From the human T2T-CHM13v2.0 reference genome, Homo sapiens: a DNA stretch of 64,000 bases. The notes beneath the pieces were generated by a model that saw nothing but the letters and a program-made list of their open reading frames with translations, was not told the DNA's origin and did not search any database. How positions within the stretch are numbered: position 1 is the stretch's first letter; each line of letters begins with the position of its first letter. The stretch lies in the NCBI RefSeq assembly GCF_009914755.1, contig NC_060935.1. One strand, written 5' to 3'. Shown in pieces: positions 14,909-29,757 of the stretch. The position numbers and the translations under genes were made by a program.

Positions 14909-15226
14909 GTTGTGATGACACAAAGCCCCACACTGCCCCGCTGCTCCTGGGAGGCTCCTCAGTCTGCCAGGGCTGGCACTCAGGCCCTTCCCTGCCGGCT
15001 TCCTGCCACACAGACCCACAAATGCCCTGCATTGCAGGCAGCCCCCTCCGAGCTCCGACTTGGGCCCTCTTCAGTTCCCACTGGACCCTGATTTGAGCTG
15101 GCTCTGGAAATAGCTGAGAACCCAGACGCGGGACGCAGGGGCAAGGGCTCAAGGAGGAGAGTCAGAGTCAAGAGGCTGCCACGCCAAGATGTCGCCAGGA
15201 GCTCTGGCGGTGGCCACCAGGCCCAG

Positions 15227-15757
<531 letters not shown>

Positions 15758-16087
15758 TCACACCTTTGCCTAGGCCCTGCCCTCTGCCCAGCATGTCCTT
15801 CCTCCCCTGTGTGCCTGGTGAACTTGGCCTTCTGCCTAAAGGTCACCTTCACTCAAAGCTGTGCCAGACAACTCCCAGCTCCTACTCTCTGGGTTCCACC
15901 AGCCTCTGTCCCCCATCTGAGGGCGCTGACACAGCAAAGGGATGTGTAGGGTTGTCTGTGGAGCAGAGACCAGGCCGGCCAACCCAGGTGCCCTGGCAGT
16001 CTGCTGGCAGTGTGGAGGTCAGCAAGGACTGGGCATTTGGACAAAGGAAGATGACAACACCCAGATCTCTTTTAAAGAAATTGCAGA

Positions 16088-16400
<313 letters not shown>

Positions 16401-18457
16401 AAGAAATTGCAGAAAAGTAAAAAGAAGAAAGAACACAAAAAGCAGGAAGGGAAGGGGACACAGCCAGGTTTGATGAGCCCAGACTCTCCATTAAACGCTG
16501 CGCTCAGGGGCCCCAGCTGGGGTCATTGACCCCTGAGCAACACTCTCTTAAGCTGGAGGATCTCGCCTTGCAGGTTGAAGAGGTTACAACACAGAGCAGG
16601 GGCTGGGGCCTGGCATGAGGCACGTGATCAATCAGTGCCACAGATACTGCTGTTCTTAGGATGAGAGCAGAAGCTGGGGTGTCCCACCACAAGCAGGACA
16701 GAGAGGACACCTCTTTGTCATCAGAGATTAATGGGACCCTTGTCAGGCCCAGGGTGCAGTGGGGGAAGGGCAGAAGGGACCCTGCCCTCTCAAAGGCACA
16801 GTGAAGCTCTGAACTGAAGGAGCTTACACCAACATCCCCAAGGCCTGGCCGTGGGAGTTTCCCTCAAGGGCTGCCTCATGGGGTCTTCTTAGTCTGTGGC
16901 GTAGGGAAGAGGTGGGTATGCCTTATGCAGACCCACTAGGCTTCAGTCCCAGCTACAGGCAAGTGGTAATGCCTAGGGCCACCTCCCTCAGGGGATGACT
17001 GACAGGAGCTGCTCCCTCCAAACCAGAAAGGGTGGTGGGAGGTGGAAGCAGCAGGTGCAAGGCAGACAGCAGGATCTCTCTTTCCTCCTGGGGACTGGCC
17101 GCAGGGAGGAGTCGGAGGCCCTCATGGTCTGTCCCCATCTGGGGTGTGGTGTCCCGTGGGAGAGAGGGAGAGTGGAAATGGCCTCCAGAGGCTCCCAGAC
17201 TGGACCGAGCAGCATCTGACCTCGCAGGACCTCAGGGAACAAGATGCTTCAAGCACCCCATCCTGTTTTTCAGCGACATGAAAGCCCAGAGCAGGGAAGG
17301 GTGGAAGGCTTGACCTGGTGGTAGGGGCTGCCTCTCCCCATAACCCCAAGCCCCCCTGCTCTCCAGCCCTCTTGGAGGCCCAGTGCCCCCTGGGCCACAG
17401 TCTGGATGTTACTATCCAAGACCGGTCTCCATGTTTATAGATGGGGAAACTGAGGCCCAGGGGTGGTGGCAGGCCCTACATTACAGGGGATAGAACAGTG
17501 TCTGATCTGTGCCTGACCCCCACATAGCCTGGGGCTCAGCGACTATCTGGGAATGAGCGGGTGGGCTCAGGGCCGACTTCCCCACCCCACACACTGGGTA
17601 CACCATGTTAGTGTCTGGCTCCCATGGCAGACTGTGAGAAGCTCAGGGCAGGACCCAAGCTTCTCCCAGGTCCCTCGATCCTGCAGCAGGTGAGTCCTCT
17701 CAGGGCCAGAGAGGCCAGGAAATAGGCTTTCTCTTTGGGGGGCCACTTGAGGGGTGGGTCACTGAAGGACAGGTGCCTGTGAGCCTCAGGTGGCAGGGGG
17801 CTCAGGCTCTCCCGAGGTGGGAGATTGGGGGCAGTGTAGATCAATTGCTGACACGTGGTAGGGCACCTGGGGTGGCCAAGATGACCAGGGCAGAAGGTGT
17901 TGGCTCAGGGGCCGGGGCCATAGACTCCAGAGCTACTGCAGTTGGGACTCGCTGTGACAACACTTTCCAATGTGTGTCCTGACACTGCCGCCCCACCAGA
18001 CCTGGTTCCACAGGCCCCTCCCCCAGGGCCGCTTCCACCCCATGAAGGGTGGGGAGGAAGCCGACTCCGAAGCTGCTTTGTTGAGGAGGTGACTTCTAAA
18101 GGGAGCTGTAAGGGCGGGGCGGGCACTTTCTCATGGGCATTTTCTGGAGGAGGGCGTTCCAGGCAGTGAAGGTGTGGCCTGAGCAGTACAGATGGCTTGG
18201 AGAGTTGAGGGGGCTTCCGGAAGCTGGAGGAGGCTCAACCTCTGGATGACGGCCCCCCTGGGAGCAGATGGCACCTGGGCTGCTGCTCTGTGGGTGGAGC
18301 TAAGGTGCCTGGGGGATGCCTGCGCATCATGGGAGTCCTCAGAAGCCATGAACTGGGCTGATTTGCTTTTTTAGGAAGCCCCTTTAACATGCACTAGCAG
18401 AGTGCAACACATGGTAAGTGCCCAGGACACTGACTGGTGAACGAAGGACTGAATGTC

Positions 18458-19080
18458 AGATGGGTGGGTGGATGGATGGATGGATGGGTGGATGGATGGA
18501 TGGATGGATGGATGGGTGGATGGATGGATGGATTGATGGATGGATGGATGGATGGGTGGATGGGTGGATGGGTGGATGGGTGGATGGCTGGATGGATGGA
18601 TGGGTGGATGGGTGGATGGATGGATGGATGGATGGATGGATGGATGGATGGATGGGTGGATGGGTGGATGGGTGGATGGCTGGTTGGCTGGATGGGTGGA
18701 TGGGTGGATGGGTGGATGGATGGATGGATGGATGGATGGATGGATGGGTGGATGGGTGGATGGCTGGTTGGATGGATGGGTGGATGGATGGATAGGTGGA
18801 CGGATGGATGGGTGGATGGCTGGATGGATGGGTGGATTGCTGGATGGATTGGTGGATGGGTGGATGTGTGGATGGGTGGATGGGTGAAAGGATGGAAGGA
18901 AGGAGGGAGCATGGACGGATGGACATGTGAATGGGCAGATGGACAGATGAACGGTTGGAAGGATGGATGGAAAGAAGGATGAGAGAAAGGAAAGAAGGAA
19001 GGAAGGAGAGGTGTATGGACAGATGGGTGAAGAGAATAAAGGAAGGGGAAAGAAGGAAGGAAGATGGATGGATGGCTTGA
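18458..19080. repeat. (GGAT/GGGT)n array in FGF3 intron 2
   Basis: Seen directly; grades into GGAA-rich sequence. Confidence 0.95.
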
Positions 19081-19916
19081 CAAACAGATGGACTGGAGGT
19101 AGGAGAGGCTGGAGCAGTGATCCAGGTGGGAAGTGATGAGCCTGCCTTTTAAGGCGTGCTCTTGGGGATGAGGCAGAGGGAGGTGAGGTGTGTGGGCTGA
19201 AGAGATGCAGGGGCGTGGTCTGAGGACTAGGGATGGACTGAATAGCAGGAGGGGTCTACCATGACTCCCAGCCCACTCTGGGTGAGAGTGAGTGGCTGGT
19301 GGGGCGATGATTAAGATGGGGAGTCGGGGAGCTGCTGAGTTCGGTTGGAGTGTCTGAGTCAGCAGGATGTTGGGGGAGGGTGGTCTATACCTCAGAAGGG
19401 AGGTCAGGGCCAGACCAGGAGTGTCAGGGTGCAGTGCTCACTGGCCCACAGTGAGATGAGCTGGCCTGAGGGCAAGCATGCTGCCGGCAAAGTCCAGGGA
19501 GCCCCGTGGTGGGACAGCACTCCTAGGCAAGCTGGCCACACGCAGGACTGTGGTATCAGGTGGCAGGTGGCAGGTGACGGAGTTGGCATCCAGGCTACTA
19601 TGCCTCCCAGGTTGTCTGCAGGGCAATGGGAACTTCTCCACTGGGCACTCTGGAAAGTTCCACACCCTCCAGCCAGACTGCTTGGCTAAGCATCCCTGGT
19701 GGGGCTAGGAGCCTCTGTCCACCCTTCTCAAAGCCAGGCTGTGAGTTCTCAGGCACGGAAGCCCCAGGTGGGCTCTGAACCACTGGGACCCCCTCATGTC
19801 ATGCTTTATTCTGTCTCTCCAAATCCTGGCTCCCCTATGGCAGAAGCTGGCACCATGAGGGCCCCTGCTCCCAGACACAGCTTCCAGGACACTGACTGAT
19901 GAATGGACTGAATGTC

Positions 19917-20290
19917 AGATGGATAGGTGTATGGATGGATGGGTGAGTGGGTGGGTGGATGGATGGGTGAGTGGGTGGGTGGATAGGTGGATGGGTGAGT
20001 GGATGAGTGGATGGGTGGATAGGTGGATGGATGGATGGATGGATAGGTGGATGGGTGGATGGGTGGATGGGTAAATGGGTGGATGGGTGGATGGGTGGAT
20101 GGATGGATGGATAGGTGGATGGTGGATGGGTAAATGGAAGGATGGGTGGATGGGTGGATGTATGGATGGATAGGTGGATGGATGGATGGGTGGATGGGTG
20201 GATGAGTGGATGGATGGATGGGTGGATGGGTGGATGAGTGGATGGGTGAATGGGTGGATGGGTGGATGGGTGAGTGGATGGGAGGAAGGA
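19917..20290. repeat. Second (GGAT/GGGT)n array in FGF3 intron 2
   Basis: Seen directly. Confidence 0.95.
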
Positions 20291-21197
20291 GGGAGTAGCC
20301 TCTGGACCAGAGAAAATGAAGGGGCGCATCCCGGCTTTCTGGACCTTCCTTTAGCAAAACGGCTAAAAATCTGTGATGAAATCATCAGCTTCTGCGAGAG
20401 GGAGCTGCGGGATGTGTCCTCTGTGAGCAGGACTGAGCAGAGAGCTCACTGCAGGGAGATTGTCCTTGGGCCGCGTCAGCCAGGCTACTCATGGATGGAA
20501 AACCTCTCATTGCCCAAGGAAGTATCAGCCAAATTGCATGTAATGACTAGTTGGAGGTAGCAAATTTCCCTGTGACATGTATTTTACTCTGTGTATTCCC
20601 CACCCCTACCCCTTATGAAGAGGGGCGCTGCCATACCCACAGAGTAAGGAGACCCTTTTTGGTTACACGGAGGCCCAGGCAGTAGATAGACTGGGTCCCA
20701 AGCCAGGGCTCCAAGGCTCCTGTGTGCCCGGGACATGGGCGCCATCCCCCTTCCCCTCCTAGGCTTCAGCTCTCGCCTTTCCACCCTTGGAGAGAGCCGG
20801 TGGAGCTGGGCCAGCGCCCTCCTCTCCATGCTCCCAGGAGAGCTCTGGCTGCCCCAAGGAACACTCCCAGGTTGTCTTGGGTCCATTTATTTTGGTGGAA
20901 ATTTGGAGAACAATCACTTCCCTGCTCTCAGCTACTCTCAAGGGAGGGTGGTAGTGATGACAAGGATGGGGGAAACCTTTGCTAACCTGGCATTCTCCAG
21001 ATCCCAGGTCCCCCAGGGCCAGGCTCCAGGTCACTCGCGGAGCAGCCTCTAACAGACACAGCCAAAGATCACTGGGCGTGGAGCCCTGGGCCAGGGTCTG
21101 GTCCTAGCTTGGGTCCCATGTACCCTTGGCAAAGCATTCTACTGCCCACATCCCCCGTCCCCTGGCTTGATGTGCAGGCCAGACCGCTACTCCGTCA

Positions 21198-21422
<225 letters not shown>

Positions 21423-23238
21423 TCAGGGCTGGGGAGGGTAGCACACACCCCACAGGTCGGGGAGTGAGTGGAAGTTCAGGAAGGGAGAAGTCACCGGACA
21501 GGAGGTAGAGAAGGGAACATCAGGGAAGGCTTCTCTTCATTCAAACTTGGGAGGGTAACAATGAAATTAACATTCCCACCTGCTGACGCTGCCTGCACCC
21601 TGGCTTTCATTCGAGCCTCACAACACCTTGCCAGCTGCCATCATCATCCGACAGACAAGCAAGTGGGGACCACTATGGCTGGGTGACTGTCAGGCCCCTG
21701 CACATGTGCTTGAGCGGGAAATCAAGCCCTGGCGGCAGCCATGGGAGTCTGAGCTCTGGGACTGCACGGTCCCCAATGCCTGTGCCTGCCAGCGGGAAAG
21801 CTGGGCCCTGATGAGCCAGGCTGATAATATAAACCACTGGCAATAACACAGCCAGGGTGCCTGCCACCCAGATCATGCTGGCAATAGACCTGGCGGGAGA
21901 TCATTGTACTCGCCGGGGGACCTGGAAGGGCAGGAAGCCAGTTTAGACCCTGGAGCCCGCAGAGGGAAGCTGGACGGGTCTCACCCACTCCCCAGGGATA
22001 AGAAAGTTTAAATCTCCCCTCCCGCCTTTCCTTCTGGATACACGAGTGCTGTGGTGGGGGCTGGGGGCGGGGGACTACATCAAAGGACGGGTTGGGGTCA
22101 TTGTCTCCCAATAGAGGCTGCGAGGGGATTGGGGCGACTGCCTGCACCCTCTCCAAGGCATGCCTCTCAGGAGCGCCCTCCTGGCACGCGGTCCGAGCAC
22201 AGACGCGGTCACCACCGGGCTTTTGCTCCAGCCCAGGGGTGCTGTGGTGCAGGCTGCGAGCCTCCCGCCTTCCCAGTGCGCAGGCTGGGCGGCATCGGCG
22301 GTGCCTGACCGGGGACCAGCGAAGCACGAGTCTCGACGCAGGACAGGGGCGGCTGCGGGCGCGCGCCCTCCCCTCCCCGTGAGCAGCCTACACCAAGAAG
22401 TTTGGATGCTGTGCGACTCCGAGGGGGAGCCTGGCTTTGGAGAGAACCGGAGTGTCTTAGTGAGACGAATTCCGCGCACTCGGACCCCCTGGTGACAGCT
22501 GGTGCCCACCGTGCGGCTCCGGAGGCGCATGTCCCCAGGACGCCCTCTCAGGGCTGCGGCTTTCCTGGAGGAAGCCGCGGTTTGCTGAGGCCGCCGCCGC
22601 CACCTTCAAGCGGCGGAACCGCTTCCTGCGCCCGGGGCCGGAGCCGAGCGCCGCGCGGAGCACCCGAGGACAGCTGTGGTCTTGACTGCCCTCCCACGCT
22701 CCCCACGCGGTCCTCCCGGGCCCTGAGCTCCGCTATCCTGCTCCTCAAAGGGCTCGGCGCGGGCCTCAGGTCCCTGTGACCAGAGGAGCCCAACCGTGTA
22801 GTCCGGCAGACTCCCGCGGTGAGCGCAGCCCGGGCCGCGGGTCCTGCGTGCGGGGGCCGGAGTGTGTGTGTCTGCACCCCCAGGCCCGGGCGGACACCGT
22901 TCCGCGCTCGTGATCCGCACGTCCCGACGGCGAGGGCCTCCACCCTACTGTCGCTGTGCGGCCAGGGCGGAGGCGGGGGAGGTGCAGATTCCAGCGCGGG
23001 GAATAACTGTCGGTGGCGGCCGCGGCCAGGGAACCGAGCTCCGCAGGGCAAGAGTCCTCCGCGCAGAGGCAGCAGCGGGGGCGGCCACCTGGGCAGCCGC
23101 GAGCGGGGAGGGCGGAGGGGACGGCGGGGCGTCCAGGGGTCGGCAGGAGGAGGAGAAGTCGTCAAAATAATAAAGAGGATGATAAATGCCTTGTCCGGCT
23201 CCTTTTCTCCGACACATTCAAAGGGCTTAAACTTGTCA

Positions 23239-24444
<1,206 letters not shown>

Positions 24445-27400
24445 TCAATCCCCCTGCACAATGGGGCCGCCGCCGATGACTGATGTCCGTGAAAACAACT
24501 TGCGGGGAAGTCGAGCTGACAAACGCCCATTAAAGGCGGCGCATAATGAAGGGGACCGCGGAGGGCAGCGGCGGGGAGGCTCCGGGGCGCGGGCACGCGT
24601 GGGGAGCTCCGGGTTTGTGTCTGCGCCCGGCGCTTCCTGCAGGAGCAGTGGCGCTGTCCTCAGCCTTGCAAGGCGCGGGGCAGGCCGGGTCTGGAGATGC
24701 TATCTCCTTTTGCGCACACCAACTGGGCACCCGGAGTGGTGGGGTTAGCTCTCGTCTGGCAGGCCTCGGAGGATCCCGTCCCAGTGACGGTCCAGAGAGG
24801 GGCCTGGGGAAGCGGGAGGAGGGACGCGAGAGCCAGAGAAGTGGGCGCCGACAGAGAGCCCTAGAGAGAAAGAGATGCAGATAGAGACAGACAGAAACGG
24901 AGGAGGAAAGGACGGGAAAGACATGGAAAATGTGAATGACAGAGATCGCCAAAAAGAGGAGGCAGGGGAGATGGAAAGAAGACAGAGCCGCGGAGAACAC
25001 CCAGAGAAAAGCACAGGGAGTCTGGTAGCCACAGCGGGTGGGTGATGACAAGAAGAACCCGGTAGAAGCTGGGAATGGGTGTGGGGGAGTCCTGGCCTGG
25101 AGGATCTGAATCAGTGCAGATGCCCAGGTGGTCCCCTGGACTGTGTGGGGGTCAAGGTGTATCTCAGGGGGCCCAGTGAAGAGGGGCTTCAAAAAGTATC
25201 GGGAAAAGCCATGTCCCCACCCATTTCTCTTGCTTCCTGGTCCTCTGTCCCCCAGGGTCCTGGGGCCAGCAGGAAGCAGGGGCCAGCACAGGGGATTTGC
25301 TTCTCTCAACCCTGCCCCAGAGGAGGGCACGCTGTGGAGTCCAGGGGTCTAGGCCACAGCTTTGGCTCCAAGTTGACCAGGGGCTCTGGGGTGAGTTGGG
25401 TGGGCTGACATTCCCCAGCCTGCCATCTGCATCAGGGTTTGGGGTCAGGCAAGTGTGCAGGGCACCATGAGCTGTGGCAGTGAGCACACACCCCTGGGAC
25501 GTGTCCAGCTCCCATGGCCCAATACACACAGGGCAGTGTGTCCTCTGTGAGCCCACTCCAGTGTGCACAGGGTCCAGGTGGCCATCCTGAAGGAGGGCGC
25601 CCCCAAGCCATCCCCGAGCACCTCAGTCTTAGTCAGGGTCTCCTAGCCGCTGCCCCAGGGCCAGCTTGTGAGAGTCCTTGAACAGGCCAGAGGCCAGCCA
25701 CTGAACTACTGGAGCCTCAGACTCTTGATGGAGACTGTGTTACAGGGGTCAGAGGCTGGTGACAGGAAAGCCCCAAAGGACAGCAGCAAGAGGAGAGCTT
25801 GTCCAGTGCAGCCCTGTGCAGGCCTGGGCTGGGATGTGTGGTCACCTGGGCTCCCTAAGAGGCATGGAAGAGGCACAGGAAGGAGGTCGCTGCTCTAAAT
25901 GCCTTAGCTCTGCTACCTCCTGACACCTGGCCAAGAAGAGAGGAGATGTAGTGGCGGGGGTGGGGGGTGCACAAGAAATTCAGAGAGGGGTGCAGTCAGG
26001 GGGCACAGTCTGACAGAGAGAGGAGAGAGGACACAATAATGTTTTAAGAGAGAGAGAGCAAGAGCAGCCTGCTGGGGCCAGGGGACTTCCGATGCCCTTT
26101 CCTGTCAAGGCTCCGGCTGCCTCCTTGGCAGGACCCCCTCTGGAGGACTGGGAGGAGCCAGAAAAATCTGACCAAGGCAATCTGGGTGTCCATGCCCCTC
26201 CTGCTCTACACCTGGGGCCCCCAGCAGTTCCCAGGGAAACTCCCGGGCTCTGGTCTCCAGCCCTGCCCACTGCCAGGTTGCCGTGTGCCCGAGAACCCAA
26301 GATGAGGGCAGGGGCTGCTGCCCTGAAGCAGGAGTCCAAAGGTGACCCCTCTATAGGAGGGAAGCTCAGGGGATGGGCAAGAGGTTTCCAGCTCCTAGGG
26401 AGAACCTGACACACCAGCCACTCAGTGCATACTCCTAAAATGAATGAATGGCTCGGCCACTTCCTTGCCACGAGGCCTTGGCTGTGTAGTGTCGCTCCTG
26501 AGATACTGGTTTCTCATGTGTGTGATGCCCCAAAGGTAGGGCCGGAAACTGAGTGGCATTACCTCTGCAAAGCCTCTGGCCTCCCATCAGCGCAGGGCAT
26601 GCTCCAGCCGCAGGGGACCACAGTTTATGACGCAAACCCTGCTGCCTTTGAGAGTGAAAGAGGGCGCAATTTGCAGTTATACCAGGACAGCCGGTGCCCT
26701 GCCTGAGGTCCCTCCTGGTGGCCCTGGCTCACTGTCTGCTGTTCTGGTAAGCATGACTTTTCCGAGGCAGCCAAGCTCTCTGGGCCAAGTTTTCCTCTCT
26801 CCTCCGGTCGCTGGCGACAGCCTTCAGCCCGGTCCTTCCATCTGCGGTCCACCCTGCAGTCACGGGAAGTGGTCTGGAGCCCAAAGCTGCCTTCTCCAGC
26901 TGCCCCAGCCCCTCTGACAAATGCCGTAGTGTTGGGGGAACCCTGGGGATGCTCACCCACCCGCGTGGACCTCTAGTTCACTTCCCACATCTTCTGGGCT
27001 GCGCCTCCAGGCCCTTGCTCACCCACCTATTGAGTTCTTCCTCCTCATCTAAACCTGTTGATCTTTCCAGCCCAGGAAGCCCCCCAGACCCCCACCCTGG
27101 GACTCTGGGACCCTCAGGCCCAGCCAAGGGAGGGGAACCTGATTCCTCCACATCTGCCCGGCAGGGGCAGGGGGCTGGGCCACAAAGTCTTGTGTGTGGG
27201 GTGGGGCAGAGGCACCCACATAATGGCAACCTCGCCCCTCTCCCTCCCATTCGGAGCCAGGCGGGGGGTGCACCATGCGCTAATAGCGACCCTGTTAATT
27301 GCTTCCAAATGGTCAACTGTAGTCATTTGACTAATTGGTCTCTTCCAGAGCCCAGGCTGGACACCCCAGGCCCAGCAGAAGTGCTCCTACCAGCATCCCC

Positions 27401-28289
27401 CGAACCTCTGCACTGGGACCCTGTCCCCCAGAGCACCCCCAGCCCTATCTGGTACCTGAGTCTGCCCCTAGCCTCTTCCCCTGGAGAGAGAGCTGGGGTG
27501 GAGAGAGGGCAGAGAACAGGGTCCTATGGTGTGGCCGCAGGTGGCTGGCCAGGGACTGTCAGATGTGATGCTGACTCCCAGCCCCAAACTCACTCTAATT
27601 ATGTTGCCTGCCCCCCCATCCTCTTACCCCATCCTTGTCCCCAAGAGCAGTGGGAGAGAGACCCAGCCTGCCTGTGTCACTGGGAGACCATGGGTCCCTG
27701 AAATTCTGGGAGCAGCCCTGATCAGCCCCACATTACAGATGAGAAAGGGAGGCTCAGAGAGGTGAAGTGACTTGCCCGGGGTCACACAGCCAGGAGATGA
27801 GGCGAGAAGACTGGAATGCCCCTTCTGGCTACGGGACCCAGGACCCGAGCAGTGGGGAGAGGGAAACCATTGCCCCTCTAAGTCCCTCTGGGGCAAAGCT
27901 GGCACTTTGCTTCTGGCAAAGTTAGGAGCCCCCGCAGGCAGGGGTGGGATGGAAGGCACATCTCCCCGCAGTGGGGCCTGCGCAGCACTTTGAGGCTCAT
28001 CCACGGTGTGGCGTGTGCCAGTGTGTCCTCCCCTTTTCTGCCCTAGTGGCATTCCGTCGTGTGCACAGACCACATGCTGTTTATTTTTCATCCATGGATG
28101 GATGTTCGCCTTATTTCCTGGCTACTTGGCTATTTTGGAGCCCCAAGCTGAGACATAAAGGAGGATTCTCTCTGGGTAGAGGAGAGGAGGGAGCAGAGGG
28201 CCCCCTGGCCCAGGGACAGACACCTCCAGCTGCTCTTTTTCTTCCCCACAACACCGAGGGCAGCCTGTGCCTGTCAGTGCCTGGCATCG

Positions 28290-28553
28290 GGCTCCAGGCA
28301 GAGCAGCCAACAGGGCTTGTAGATGCCATCTTCTCCCTGTGTCCTCACAGGTTCGTCCCTCTGTGTGTGCCTGTGTCCTCATTACCTCTTCTTATAAGGA
28401 CCCCAGTCAGATTGGACTGGGGCCATTCCACAGACCTCGCTTTACTTTAATCGCCTTTGAAAGACCCTAGCTCCAATTGCAGCCACATTCTGAGGTCCTA
28501 GTGAGTAGGGTTCCAACATACAAATCTTGGGGGACACAGTTCCGCCCAAAACA
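28290..28553 (-). mobile_element. MaLR LTR (MLT1-type) fragment
   Basis: cttgtagatgccatcttctccctgtgtcctcac...tcttataaggaccccagtcagattgg...gggacacagttccgcccaaaaca. Confidence 0.75.
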
Positions 28554-29466
28554 AGTGCAAATGATGAGGTACACCCCCAGTCCTGTGGATGAGGTGGGGT
28601 GGAGGGAAGGGAAGAAATTCACATCCCCACCTCCTCCCACCATGAAGTCAACTGCAGCTGGGCGAGGCCAGGCTTGATGGGGAGCTGTGGCAGCTTTGAT
28701 GGGGAGCTGTGGTGGCAAACCCACACTCAAGCAATCACCCTGTGTCCCTGCCTTGCACCCCCCTACCCCTCTCCACCCTTTGCCCAGGCCAGTCCCTCCA
28801 CCTGGGGGCCCTTTCACCCTTTCCATCTAGAAGCTCCTGCCATTCCTGCAGACCTGGCCCCGGCCCCTGGAGGGGCCCACACCCCAGGCAGAGCGAGTCT
28901 CTTCCTCTGGCCTCCCTGGCCTTTGCTCCTTCCATGCTGCCCTGATACCTAGGCCTGTTTCTCGTCAGCAGCAGCTCAGGCAGGGCAGCTTGCTCTAGAG
29001 GGCAGGCAGGCTTTGTTTACCTCTCCCCTGTGCTGACCTGTGCGAGATGTGGCCAGGACACTTGGACAGTGGGCAGGAGGCAGGGATGGTGAGGTGGGGA
29101 TAGAGGGAGGAGTGCCGGGCTACCCACTCCCAGTCTAGGATGTTCCTCCTCCACACCTGCATGTTCTGTGTTCTCCTTAAACCATCACGGTGCTGCTTTG
29201 AGGCTCCTGTGTCTGCTAGGAAAAAGGGGCTGCGCTGCTGGGGCCTTCATTCAGCCGCCTACAACTGGGGGAGGCTGAGGAGTGCTACAAATACAATCAC
29301 AGGAGCCAGCATCGATGGACTGATGGGCCCTGGTATGCATGGTCTATCTTGGGGGTGGTGGCACATGGGTCCAGGACCACCCAGATTCCATTTTCTGCTT
29401 TATTCCTTACCCTGCATAAGCGCTCCTACAGCTGTCAGCCTCTGATATCAATTCCAAGTTACTGGA

Positions 29467-29757
29467 TTTTTTTTGAGGCCGGGTCTCACTCTGTCATCCA
29501 GGGTGGAGTGCAGTGGCTAGAGTTTGGCTCACTACAACCTCCACCTCCCAGGCTCAAGTGATCCTCCTGCCTCAGCCTCCCAAGTAGCTGAGACTACAGG
29601 CATGTGCCACCATATCCAGCTGATTTTTGTATTTTTTGTAGAGATGGGGTCTCACTATGTTGCCCAGACTGGTCTCAAACTCCTGAGCTCAAGCGATCCT
29701 CCCATCTCAGCCTCCCAAAGCACTAGGACAACCAGCATGAGCCACTGTGCCCAACCC
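29467..29757 (-). mobile_element. Alu (AluJ-like)
   Basis: Diverged dimer with ctcaagtgatcctcc and ctcactatgttgccc. Confidence 0.9.
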
